Under the pieces are notes generated by a model that was not told the origin of the DNA, searched no databases, and saw only the letters and a list, made by a program, of their open reading frames with translations. Made by a program: the position numbers and the translations under genes. 64,000 nucleotides of DNA, from NCBI GenBank assembly GCA_050294405.1, contig JBNKOC010000011.1:41030-105029 (forward strand), written 5' to 3'. Below, one piece after another: positions 38,881 to 48,316 of the stretch (position 1 is its first letter; the number at the start of each line of letters is the position of its first letter). Source of the DNA: Fibrobacteria bacterium. Lineage in GTDB: Bacteria > Fibrobacterota > Fibrobacteria > UBA11236 > JADFYW01.

Positions 38881-39782
38881 TAAACGACCTCCTCTGCCTT
38901 TAATGCCTGGCTAATGGTTGGAGCTAATAACTTTTTATTCCAGCGCAACATCTTCGTCAATATTTTGCCAGCCCCAATTTCCTGAAAACTTGGAGAGCCG
39001 TTTTTAGATAAATGCATAAGGCTTTCTTTCCATTTAACCGGAAGGGCTACTTGTTTTACAACTTCTGCGAGAACTTCAGAAAAGCCAGGAAGGAATTTGA
39101 GTCGCGTATGGGAATATGCAGCAGTAGTTATGGGTTTATAAGATAGAGTGGAGGTCAATTTTTCAAGTGCATTTGCAGTTAATTCTAGGCTCCTGGAGTG
39201 AAAAGGCAGTTTCGTTTCCATAGCAAACATTTTGAAAATGTTATTGGAATATTCCGTTAAAAATGATTTCCAATGAGATGGCGAACCATAAAGTACCACA
39301 TGATTTGGAGAATTTTCAGAAATTAATTCTAATTTGAATCGGTCAAATTCTTCCATATGTATAGTTCGTTTTAAAGATAAAGCTATTACCTTATTCTCTG
39401 GGTTGGGCACATATTCCCAGCACACTCTGTATACAGACTCTATTAAATAAAATGAATCTTCAGGGGATATGGCTCCAGAGGCCACAGCCGCGGCATAAAA
39501 TCCTAAGCTGTGGCCCATCACTAGAGAATATTCGGGGTTTTGATTTGATTCAAGTTCCCAATGTAAAAGGTTTACCAGATGGATTAATTTCTGGATATTT
39601 AATTCTTTTTCTTTTGATTGAAAATTATTTGAGTCAAAATTTATTAATGAATTGAATAATGGTTTCCCTAACCATTTTTCAGCAAAGGCTTTATATTCAG
39701 GATAAATATTTAAAAAGCTATGGAGCATACCGGGGTATTCGCAGCCTAATCCTGGGAACATGGCGATGGTATGGGCCTTCAT
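38880..39782 (-). CDS. fabD: Malonyl-CoA:ACP transacylase / acyltransferase (divergent FabD)
   Basis: MFPG, GHSLG, PFHS, PVKW, EIGAG. Confidence 0.85.
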   Translation of the reverse strand: MKAHTIAMFPGLGCEYPGMLHSFLNIYPEYKAFAEKWLGKPLFNSLINFDSNNFQSKEKELNIQKLIHLVNLLHWELESNQNPEYSLVMGHSLGFYAAAVASGAISPEDSFYLIESVYRVCWEYVPNPENKVIALSLKRTIHMEEFDRFKLELISENSPNHVVLYGSPSHWKSFLTEYSNNIFKMFAMETKLPFHSRSLELTANALEKLTSTLSYKPITTAAYSHTRLKFLPGFSEVLAEVVKQVALPVKWKESLMHLSKNGSPSFQEIGAGKILTKMLRWNKKLLAPTISQALKAEEVV

Positions 39783-40432
39783 GATAACATCCTTAAGCCG
39801 AAGCAAAAAGCATCATAAGCATCATTTTTGACTAATTTTGTTAATTGATTTTTTACATCATCATAAGTTGCAACCGGTAAAAGCATAGATATAATGGCCC
39901 CTGCCATTATAAATGATGAGAGTTTTGGCTGAATGTTTTCTGAGTTTTCTGGTTTTTTTTCCAGAGAAAGGACGTAAAGAGAAGCAGACCTTTCCTGAAT
40001 TATATTTTTTAGTTTCTTTAATAAGTTTTCTTTCTCAATTGGATCTTGGTTGTGAGATGAAACAACCGTATCCAAAATTATGCAGCTGCTTCCGGTTCCA
40101 ATTAAATGGGAATGTCGCAACGCTTCCTGCAATTCAAGGGCGGCATAAATATTTGTGGTGTTTAACCCCAATTCTCCGCAGTAAATATCTTCTCCCATTT
40201 TTATTTGAGCGGAAATAGAACCCCGGGTTTTGGCCACACCCCGGTCTTCGGTACTTATAACCTTCGGAAAAAATGGGCTAATTAAGTCGGTAAGAATACC
40301 TGCCATATATATAAGACCTTGGCCTCCAACTCCAGATATAAAAATTCCAAAACTTTTATTGGAGCTGCGACTAAGCTGGTGGTTATTCGGTATAACTAAT
40401 GCTTGAACTACTTTTTTATCTGTTGTTATCAT
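39779..40432 (-). CDS. iorB: Indolepyruvate:ferredoxin oxidoreductase beta subunit (divergent)
   Basis: ISGVGGQG, E.RG....GS.., ALELQEALR. Confidence 0.8.
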   Translation of the reverse strand: MITTDKKVVQALVIPNNHQLSRSSNKSFGIFISGVGGQGLIYMAGILTDLISPFFPKVISTEDRGVAKTRGSISAQIKMGEDIYCGELGLNTTNIYAALELQEALRHSHLIGTGSSCIILDTVVSSHNQDPIEKENLLKKLKNIIQERSASLYVLSLEKKPENSENIQPKLSSFIMAGAIISMLLPVATYDDVKNQLTKLVKNDAYDAFCFGLRMLS

Positions 40433-41532
40433 TAGGCCACCTCTGCCATGGGTATTGTTTTAATGTTTGATATTCTTTGGGCTTCAAACTTCCTCAATAT
40501 GTTAAGGAATTGAATATTTTGGGAAGGCAGCCCTACCGTAATCCTAAATGCGGGTGAATTTTGGTAAGGAGGCATTGGGCGGATTACAATCCCCTGTTTT
40601 GAAGAAAAGGAATCTAAACCAGCAAGTTTTTTACCCCAAATAAATATGAAGTTTGCCGAGCTGGGGTAGTGTTTTATGTTTAGCTCTTTAAAACATTCAT
40701 AAAAAAATCTTTTTTCGGCGGTTGCCAACTTTATTCCCGATTGCATATGTTTTAAGTCCTTTAAACAAGCCAATGCCGCCATTTGGGCCATTGAATTGGA
40801 ATTAAATGGAAAACGCGCCTTGTTAAGTACCGATATGATTTGTGGGTTTGCCAATCCGTAACCCACTCTAAGGCCTGCTAATCCATAAGCTTTAGAAAAT
40901 GTTCTTAATACAATTAAATTGGAATATTGAGAAATGAGTTTATGGGATTGCGGAAAATCTGTTTCATTGCAGTATTCAAAATAGGCCTCGTCAAAGACTA
41001 CAAGTATATTATTTGGAACCTGCTTTAAAAAACGCCCAATCTCAAGTTCGTTTAAATATAATCCCGTTGGATTATTTGGATTGCAAATAAAAATAATTTT
41101 GGTTTTCGGATTTATTGCATTACATATGGCATCTAAATTAAAGTTTCCTTTTTTGAGGTTTACCGTTCTGAAAGTTCCATTAAAAAGTTGGGCGCAGAAT
41201 TTGTACTGTGGAAACGTATAGTTCGCGGAAATTGCTTCGGAGTTTTTGTTAATAACAGCAGCGCTAATCCATTGTAAGATTTCATCGCTGCCGTTTCCGA
41301 TTGCTATGTTATCCGTTTTTAAGTTGTATTTACTGGCAAGTTCTGACTTTAGGTTTATACACTGGCTATCTGGATATTTATATATATCGCGGTAAATTGC
41401 GATTGCTTCCAGGGCTTGTGGGGATGGGCCAAATGGGTTTTCGTTAGAGGCAAGTGATATTGCGCCTTGTATTTTTTCTCCCGGAATGTAACCGGGAATG
41501 TTTTGTATGTTTTCATTAATGCTTATATTCAT
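40432..41532 (-). CDS. PLP aminotransferase of the HisC / aromatic aminotransferase family
   Basis: LASNENPFG, GNGSDE, CNPNNPTG, DEAY, RTFSKAYGLAGLRVG. Confidence 0.92.
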   Translation of the reverse strand: MNISINENIQNIPGYIPGEKIQGAISLASNENPFGPSPQALEAIAIYRDIYKYPDSQCINLKSELASKYNLKTDNIAIGNGSDEILQWISAAVINKNSEAISANYTFPQYKFCAQLFNGTFRTVNLKKGNFNLDAICNAINPKTKIIFICNPNNPTGLYLNELEIGRFLKQVPNNILVVFDEAYFEYCNETDFPQSHKLISQYSNLIVLRTFSKAYGLAGLRVGYGLANPQIISVLNKARFPFNSNSMAQMAALACLKDLKHMQSGIKLATAEKRFFYECFKELNIKHYPSSANFIFIWGKKLAGLDSFSSKQGIVIRPMPPYQNSPAFRITVGLPSQNIQFLNILRKFEAQRISNIKTIPMAEVA

Positions 41533-41733
41533 TTTTAACCATAGGGATAAAACATAGAATTAGTGACCTAGAATTCGATTTGGTATTAGTAGCCGTAATC
41601 CCAATGCGCAGCAGCCTCAATTTGCGGCCATCAGGTTACTATTTAAAGTTTGTTACAAGTTACTTGAAAAAATATAATTAAGAAAAATAAAATTCCAATC
41701 TATTTTTAAATATTTTTTTAGATATAAACATAC

Positions 41734-42174
41734 TCAAGGTTGTTTTAATCTTTTTTCAATTTCAATTAATTTACTATACATGGTTTTAGTTTCTTGCTCG
41801 GAAAAATTCGCCAATAATTCGTTAATGGCGGAGTTATAAACTTTATTGATGTTGTTCATGACATTTTCCCCTTCAGGGGTCAGTTCGAATTCCCATTTTC
41901 TTTTATCGATTGAGTCTAAAGTTCGGGTGATTAACTTTTTTTCTTCCAAGGACTTTAGCTTTTTTGTTATGCTTGCGGGGGAGCCTTCAATTAACTCTAA
42001 CAATTCCTTAATAGTATTTAGTCCAGCCTGAATTTTAATAAGCACAGCATATAAATTTGTAGTTAACCCAAATTTTTGGAAAATATTTTTATCGCCGCTT
42101 CTTCGGAGCAAAGTAGTTATGGTAAATAATTGTTCCACAAAGAGAAAGTTAGGGTTTGGTGATTCAGGTTCCAT
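41734..42174 (-). CDS. MarR family transcriptional regulator
   Basis: ASITKKLKSLEEKKLITR..DKR..LTPEG. Confidence 0.9.
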   Translation of the reverse strand: MEPESPNPNFLFVEQLFTITTLLRRSGDKNIFQKFGLTTNLYAVLIKIQAGLNTIKELLELIEGSPASITKKLKSLEEKKLITRTLDSIDKRKWEFELTPEGENVMNNINKVYNSAINELLANFSEQETKTMYSKLIEIEKRLKQP

Positions 42175-42179
42175 TTATT

Positions 42180-42818
42180 TTATGAATACCTTATAGTTAA
42201 TTCGTGTCCTACTGAGTTTTTTGCTTCTAATATGTTATGTATTCCAGTAGCTAAATCTAATCTGGAAATATTCGAACTAAAATGACTTTTCAACTCATTG
42301 GCCAAAACGACTTTTTTTGATTGAGCCTTATCAAGTAGGCGCGGCGCTCTGATAATTACCCAGGGAATTCCGCTTTCCTTAATTAAGGCTTCTTGTCTGT
42401 TTAGCTCTTCAACTCTTTCCTTGCCAATAATTTTTGGAATTAACCATTTGCCTGGAAAGGTTAAATTAGGAAGGCTATCTCTGGCTCCAACAGCTGAAAT
42501 AAAAATGGCTTTCTTCAGAGTGTTTAAGGACTTAGCCGCCTGAATAATATTTTTAGTTCCTTCACTCCGCACACGGCCAACGGGTTGTCCTTTGCGTACG
42601 CCAAGTGCCGAAACGATAAAATCAGCTCCTTCAACTGTTTTTTCCACCTGAGACAGGTTTAAAACGTCACCCTCAACAACCTTTAAATTTGCAGAGGGAA
42701 AATTGGTAATGGCATCTTTGCTCCTGACTAAGGCACAGAGTTCGTAATTTTTTTCCAAGGCGTATTCCATAAACGCCAGCCCTGTTCCACCTGTTCCTCC
42801 AAATAATGCGATTTTCAT
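42180..42818 (-). CDS. NAD(P)H-binding protein (biliverdin reductase B / flavin reductase-like)
   Basis: MKIALFGGTGGTG, ALVRS, GDVL, WVIIR, ISRLDLA. Confidence 0.88.
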   Translation of the reverse strand: MKIALFGGTGGTGLAFMEYALEKNYELCALVRSKDAITNFPSANLKVVEGDVLNLSQVEKTVEGADFIVSALGVRKGQPVGRVRSEGTKNIIQAAKSLNTLKKAIFISAVGARDSLPNLTFPGKWLIPKIIGKERVEELNRQEALIKESGIPWVIIRAPRLLDKAQSKKVVLANELKSHFSSNISRLDLATGIHNILEAKNSVGHELTIRYS

Positions 42819-42866
42819 AATAACCAACTTATTTAGTGCTTTCTAATAAGATAATCTCATTTAAAT

Positions 42867-42885
42867 TATTTAACAAGGTTAAATA
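42867..42885. promoter_or_regulatory. Putative MarR operator
   Basis: Perfect palindrome TATTTAAC-aag-GTTAAATA upstream of the reductase-marR pair. Confidence 0.5.
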
Positions 42886-42979
42886 TTAATTTAGTTAATA
42901 AAAAATTAAAAAATTTGTATTACAGCCAAATATGGTGAAATATGCCAATTTAAGGCGATTTTGATAGCAGGCTCGGAGC

Positions 42980-44206
42980 TTAGTCTACTATTCCCAGACT
43001 ATTGGTTCGCCTTACTTCGTTATTTTTATTTCTAAAGAGGTATTTAGGGGTGAGCCAATTAGAATTTTTTTTTTGATGGCCGGGTATGGTAAAAAGCCCC
43101 TGTTTTTTGCCTGTTTGGTGGATAGAAGTGGGTTTCCAGTTTTCAATTTTCTCAATATCTGCTAAAATGGCTTCTGCAATGAGACTGTCGTCTTTTGCGC
43201 TGGGGTGCCAATCACAGCCCATCATATCCAATCCATTCTGGGGAAACTCAGAGTAGTATACATCCCCAGGAAAGTTTTGCTGGCTCTCTTCCACCACTGT
43301 TTTTACGTAACCGGGGTTAGGTCCCACATGGGTGGCCACACATAAAATTTTAGCATTGGGGTAATTGCCTTTTACTCTGGCCACAAAGTTTTTGTAAGCC
43401 TCTGTATACACTGCCTCAGAGGGCATGGGCTCAGTACTAAAATCATTGGTTCCCAGGCAGATAACCACCAGGTCCGGAATGTTTTTCTCATAATCCCAGG
43501 GAGACTCGTAAGCCCCAAGGATGTTATCATAAGTGGCAGGATAGGGGTCCGCTGAAGTAGGGTTCGCATCCCCATAATTTCTAACCATACCCTTGCCAGA
43601 CCAACCCAGTACAGTGTATTCTGCGTTTAGGGCTTCTCCCACTAAACTGGTAAAGGAAATATTTGTGTTGGTTTTGTGGCGCAAATCTTCGCTGCTGCAT
43701 GTACGGGTATCGCTTTCGTTGCCATAGCCCACCGTATAGGAATCTCCAATAAATTCAATTCTCGGTTTGTTTTCGTTGGGCAGGGGCAGCAATATATCTG
43801 ATTCACCCACTACAAAGCCTAAAAATTCCACCTTGGTGAAATGGTCTTCGCTGCGTCGGCTCAGCTTTATAATATGGTCCCTATCCGTAGGAAGGTCTGT
43901 GGCAATGTTATATTCGGTTACTGAGTTTTCTGTTATTATTACAGAATGGTGTTCGCCGTCAATCCATACATCGTAATCGGCTTGGCCATCTTTTAATTGG
44001 ATGCCAATGCTGGTGCCTGTAAATTTTGCGCTAATAGCCGAGCCGGACCAATTAAACATAGGGGCTTCAGGGTTTGTAAAATCAAAGCGACCGTGGTATT
44101 TAATATTGGGGTTACTGGGGGAAATAATCGCGGACATGATATTTTTAGTAAATAAAAATAAACTGGCAAACAATACCAGAGCAAAGATTATGGGGTATAT
44201 TTTCAT
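42980..44206 (-). CDS. Secreted SGNH/GDSL carbohydrate esterase (CE2-like acetyl esterase)
   Basis: YHGRF..WSG N-domain, IEFIGDSYTVGYG, WSGKG, LGTNDF, DWHPS. Confidence 0.88.
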   Translation of the reverse strand: MKIYPIIFALVLFASLFLFTKNIMSAIISPSNPNIKYHGRFDFTNPEAPMFNWSGSAISAKFTGTSIGIQLKDGQADYDVWIDGEHHSVIITENSVTEYNIATDLPTDRDHIIKLSRRSEDHFTKVEFLGFVVGESDILLPLPNENKPRIEFIGDSYTVGYGNESDTRTCSSEDLRHKTNTNISFTSLVGEALNAEYTVLGWSGKGMVRNYGDANPTSADPYPATYDNILGAYESPWDYEKNIPDLVVICLGTNDFSTEPMPSEAVYTEAYKNFVARVKGNYPNAKILCVATHVGPNPGYVKTVVEESQQNFPGDVYYSEFPQNGLDMMGCDWHPSAKDDSLIAEAILADIEKIENWKPTSIHQTGKKQGLFTIPGHQKKNSNWLTPKYLFRNKNNEVRRTNSLGIVD

Positions 44207-44317
44207 GACAAAGTCTTTTTGATTCTATTATTTTGTGTTTAAAATTAAAACAGAAGTTTTTGTTAATTTATCAGAATTTCCATTATCATAAGAAACAGCT
44301 GTGTTAGGTAAAGGGTT

Positions 44318-44677
44318 CTAGCCCTCAGCATCCTTCCATTTAATCCAGGCCTTAATAATTTTTTGAATATCCTTTTTGGCTTTTTTACACTCTTCCAGAC
44401 TAGCCAGTTTCAAGCTTCTACCAGCTTTAGCATCGCCCTCCAGCAAGGGATGACTTCCGGGAATTTCTGCTCCATTGTGGAACATGAGGCTGGCGTGTTT
44501 TTTTGCTTTAGGAAAAAAGCTGGCAATATTTCCCTTGTAAACAAAAGTAGGTGCCTGCCATTTAATACATTCTTCAATTTTTTTATCGCAGGATAAAATA
44601 ATGTTGCGAATTTCCTGAACCACAGGCTTCATGGGGTTGTCGTAGCTTTTAAACCAATCATCTACTTCCTTAGCCAT
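44318..44677 (-). CDS. DUF1801 (YdhG-like) protein
   Basis: EECIKWQAPTF, LMFHNGA; strong AAGGAGG RBS before the ATG at 44677. Confidence 0.85.
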   Translation of the reverse strand: MAKEVDDWFKSYDNPMKPVVQEIRNIILSCDKKIEECIKWQAPTFVYKGNIASFFPKAKKHASLMFHNGAEIPGSHPLLEGDAKAGRSLKLASLEECKKAKKDIQKIIKAWIKWKDAEG

Positions 44678-44809
44678 TTTTCTCCTCCTTTCTTTGTCTG
44701 CCACTTGCAAAAGCAAATATAGTTATGAAAAAAATAGGGGAGGGCTAATAAAATTCACATTAACAGGATTTGAGAGGAGCCCCAATCAGGGGCTCGAAAA
44801 ATAATGCCA

Positions 44810-47014
44810 TTACCGTACAAAAAAGGATTGGGTGAATTGGCCGGCCTGGGTGCTGACTTTTAGATAATACCTTCCCTTGGAAATTAGGCTGCCATTTTCC
44901 AGTACACCATCCCAGCTTAAGGATTGTAAATTTGGAATTAGGTTATCTGATTTAAAAATCAATTTTCCATTCACATCGTAAACGGACCAATTAAAAACCG
45001 CTACAGCATGGCTAAAATTAAAATTCAATTTTCCATTAACCCAATTAGCTGAAAAACCAATTTTGTTTCTTTGCTGCTGCGGGTCTTCTAAATCGGAATA
45101 ATTTATAAACCTATCTTCCAAATTATTATCTGGAGTCACTTGCTCGGGCTTTGCAGCCAAAAAAGCGGTATATTCGCTTAACACCTGAAATTCTTTGGAT
45201 ATATTCACAATTTCTTCTTTGTTAGTATTTGATGTTCCCTCTTCCATTTCCAAAAGAGTGATTTTTTCTTTGGCCCAAATTTTAGCCACCGCCTTGTTCC
45301 AATTGGGGGAGTCTGCCAATTTAATGGTTTTACTCAAACTTTTTTCCTCTCCGATGTTAAGGCCCGTTAACCCAACTACGACCTGGCCTCCCTTAGAATA
45401 CTGGCCGTAAACCGATAGGGGAGAGCCCTTAAATAGGCTATTTCCTCTGGGAAAGATAAGCTCAGATTCAGAAGAAGGATCAAAGCTCAATTCAATATTT
45501 TTTAATTGTGGCGATTCAAACTTGGACCAGGCCAAATCCACAGATGGTAAGGCGGGATCTCCGGCAGTTAATTCAAAGGAGGCTCCTCCCGCCATTTGAG
45601 CGGATTGGTCCAACAAATACCGGTTTAAATTGTTTCCGGCTCCGAAGGTAAATATGGTGGGTTGGCTGGCGTGGTTTTTGATAGTTTCCAGTACGGCTTC
45701 CACATTGCCAATAAACCCGTCTGTGGTAAACACAAAAAGCCGCTGGTGATTCCCATCATAAGGGATTTCCAGAATTTTTTGAACAGCCGCCAATAACTCT
45801 GTTCCCCCCAGCGGAGTTAAACCATTTAAAAAACTTTGGGCTTTTCCAATGTTACTGGCTGTGGCATCCACTATAGTGTAAGGTTCAAAAGCCCAATACA
45901 TATTGTTCTCGAAACTGGCCACGGCCATTTTGTCCGTGGGTAGTAGTCTGCCTACCATTTCAGAGACCACCTCTACGCTTTTTTCCAAAGGCCACCCGGA
46001 CTGAGAACCAGATACATCCACCAAGAATATAATTTCCAAATCAGGGCGTCCTTCCTCTACAAATAACATATCGGGAAAAAGGTTTAAGGCGAAAAATCCT
46101 TTGTTTTTGTCTGCGTCATAATAACTGGAAAGGCTAAAATCCCGGCTGGATTGAGCTCTGGAAAAACGCAAAACAAAATCTCGATTGGGATATGTATCTA
46201 CTTCCTCTAATACAATTCCAAAATTATTCTCCATGCTTTCTGCCTCTTCGGGTTTTATCATTTGTATGCCTTCAAAGTAACTTCGCCTGGATTGCAATTC
46301 TGAAACTGAAATTGGATGCAGGGGAGACTCAATGTTTTCAATTGGATAGCCTGTTTGCAAAACCACATTGATTTTCAAGGATGGTCCTTCCCGGTTTTCC
46401 GGCGGATTCCAGGGGTCAGAACCAGTAATGGTACCTGTTGCGATTTGGGCGTCATATCGGGCTCCAATCATTGTGGGTATGGCCAGTTCGTAGGTTCCAG
46501 ATTCGTATTTTAATGGCATGCTTATCATAATTTCAACCAGGGCAGTATCCCCCTTTGGGATGTTGGCCAGGCGCTGTTGAAATATATTGGGCTGATGCTG
46601 TATTAACATACTGGCTATGCCTCCATTGGCTAGAACCGAATCGTAAATTTGTTTGGCTTCTTCCTTTTCAAATATTTCAGCTTTATATAAAAGACCTTTA
46701 TGTTGCATGGCCATGGCGTGCACACTTCCCTTGTGTGGCAGAGGAAAGATATAAACCAAATCTTTTAACCCTTCTAATGGATTTATAAAACGCTGGATAA
46801 GTTGGATTTGAGCGATTCCATCTGTTATCACAACATTATAGTTGGAAACCTGCGGGGCCAGAGTCACATTGCTTTTTAAAATGCTGTCATAGGCTATGCA
46901 GGATGGGCCTTCAATTACGGAAGGATCCACATAAATAGTTTGTGTATTGCCTAAACTCGGAAACAAAAGGCCAATGGCCAGGCAAATTATAAATTTTGCA
47001 AAATTCGGAAACAT
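44810..47014 (-). CDS. Secreted VIT + vWA domain protein with FlgD-Ig/sorting-like C-terminal domain
   Basis: YIFPLP..AM (VIT), DVSGSQ and TDG (MIDAS), SEYTAFLA, VYDVNGKLI..WDG..GRYY. Confidence 0.88.
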   Translation of the reverse strand: MFPNFAKFIICLAIGLLFPSLGNTQTIYVDPSVIEGPSCIAYDSILKSNVTLAPQVSNYNVVITDGIAQIQLIQRFINPLEGLKDLVYIFPLPHKGSVHAMAMQHKGLLYKAEIFEKEEAKQIYDSVLANGGIASMLIQHQPNIFQQRLANIPKGDTALVEIMISMPLKYESGTYELAIPTMIGARYDAQIATGTITGSDPWNPPENREGPSLKINVVLQTGYPIENIESPLHPISVSELQSRRSYFEGIQMIKPEEAESMENNFGIVLEEVDTYPNRDFVLRFSRAQSSRDFSLSSYYDADKNKGFFALNLFPDMLFVEEGRPDLEIIFLVDVSGSQSGWPLEKSVEVVSEMVGRLLPTDKMAVASFENNMYWAFEPYTIVDATASNIGKAQSFLNGLTPLGGTELLAAVQKILEIPYDGNHQRLFVFTTDGFIGNVEAVLETIKNHASQPTIFTFGAGNNLNRYLLDQSAQMAGGASFELTAGDPALPSVDLAWSKFESPQLKNIELSFDPSSESELIFPRGNSLFKGSPLSVYGQYSKGGQVVVGLTGLNIGEEKSLSKTIKLADSPNWNKAVAKIWAKEKITLLEMEEGTSNTNKEEIVNISKEFQVLSEYTAFLAAKPEQVTPDNNLEDRFINYSDLEDPQQQRNKIGFSANWVNGKLNFNFSHAVAVFNWSVYDVNGKLIFKSDNLIPNLQSLSWDGVLENGSLISKGRYYLKVSTQAGQFTQSFFVR

Positions 47015-47318
47015 AACGCAGCTCCTGGTTAACGTTAATTGAATTAAAAGCAAAATTTCGCCGCTCTGAAATATGGTTATATTTCAAACAGGCTAATTTT
47101 CGCTAATATTTTCCGGGACGAGTATCCCTCCCCTTTAGAACCCATCTAAAAAAACTGATTTAAACTTTTTTTGAAAAATCGTTTTTAAAATAGACGAGCC
47201 CTGATTAATTCCCCAAATTGAGAAACTAATGCACCTAATATTTATATTACGCAAAAAAAATATTTTCGAAAGTGAAAATTCATTTATTTTAAGAGAAATT
47301 ATTTTTTAGGAGATTTTT

Positions 47319-48293
47319 GTGAAAAAAAATACACTTGCCTTTTTTAGCTTATGTATTTGTATATTATTTTCTGCTTGTTCCACTAGTGTTAACCTTCGCA
47401 TAAAGAGGGCTCCCGAAATTAACTTAATCGGGGTTAAAACTCTCAAACTGGAAGAGTTTAAATTTTCCGGTGACTTGAATTTGGATGTGGTAGATAACCC
47501 CGGGGGCCTTGTTGGGGTTATTTTAGATGTAGGTGTGGGAGTCGGCGCTTACAAAATGGCGGAGAAGAAACATTCGGCCCTTCAATTCCATCACATCGAA
47601 GGTTTGAAAAATGCTTTCTACAACAATGGTTTTTACAATGTTACCGATGGAATAAACCACGATGCCACCATAAGTGGAACAATTTACTATGAAATTGAAG
47701 ATAAGGCAGAACAAAAAGAAAGTAAAGATAAAGAGGGGAATGTAAGCACATGGTTTGAAATTGCGCGCAGGGCCACTGTGACCGTTAATTTTTCGATACA
47801 CGATAAAAAAGGAAACCTGTTGGGAACCAGTATGTTAAAGACCTGGCAAAGGGATGTTTCCAAAGGAGATACCAAAGACCAGGCGCGGGATAAAATTACC
47901 CCTTTTGAAAAATTGCTGCGCTCTACTTTAGATAAATCCAATCCCGTATTGGTAACCAAAATTGCTCCCCATTTTGTATATGAACGAAGAGTCTTTGCGA
48001 AGGGAAAGCACAAGTCCATAAAAATCGGGAACAAAATTGCCAAGCAGGGAGATTGGTCCGGGGCTGCCGATAGCTGGAGTCAGGCTTTAAATGCCTCCGA
48101 TAAAAAAGACCGGGCAGCCGCTCTATTTAACCTGGCCATTTACGATGAGGTGGAAGGCAAATTGCAAGAGGCCTTGAAAAAATACGAAGAGGCATCCTCT
48201 CTAATGGAAGGAAAATATGCCAGAGATGTATCCAGGACCCGGGCCAGAATTGCCGAAGCGGAACGTTTGCGGGAAGCAGAAGAGGCCCAGTAA
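47319..48293 (+). CDS. Lipoprotein with C-terminal TPR
   Basis: Lipobox FSAC; ALFNLAIYDEVEG..EA..Y. Confidence 0.8.
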   Translation: MKKNTLAFFSLCICILFSACSTSVNLRIKRAPEINLIGVKTLKLEEFKFSGDLNLDVVDNPGGLVGVILDVGVGVGAYKMAEKKHSALQFHHIEGLKNAFYNNGFYNVTDGINHDATISGTIYYEIEDKAEQKESKDKEGNVSTWFEIARRATVTVNFSIHDKKGNLLGTSMLKTWQRDVSKGDTKDQARDKITPFEKLLRSTLDKSNPVLVTKIAPHFVYERRVFAKGKHKSIKIGNKIAKQGDWSGAADSWSQALNASDKKDRAAALFNLAIYDEVEGKLQEALKKYEEASSLMEGKYARDVSRTRARIAEAERLREAEEAQ

Positions 48294-48316
48294 GGGCCTC
48301 TGTATGAAATTTTGAT

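Noticed and set aside
40432..41532. Housekeeping hisC
   Set aside because: No other his genes nearby and it is coupled to iorB, so the gene symbol is withheld
23668..41532. Canonical aryl polyene (ape) cluster or primary fatty acid operon
   Set aside because: No CoA ligase, glycosyltransferase, methyltransferase or MMPL; no fabH/plsX; the CLF and export genes argue against primary FAS
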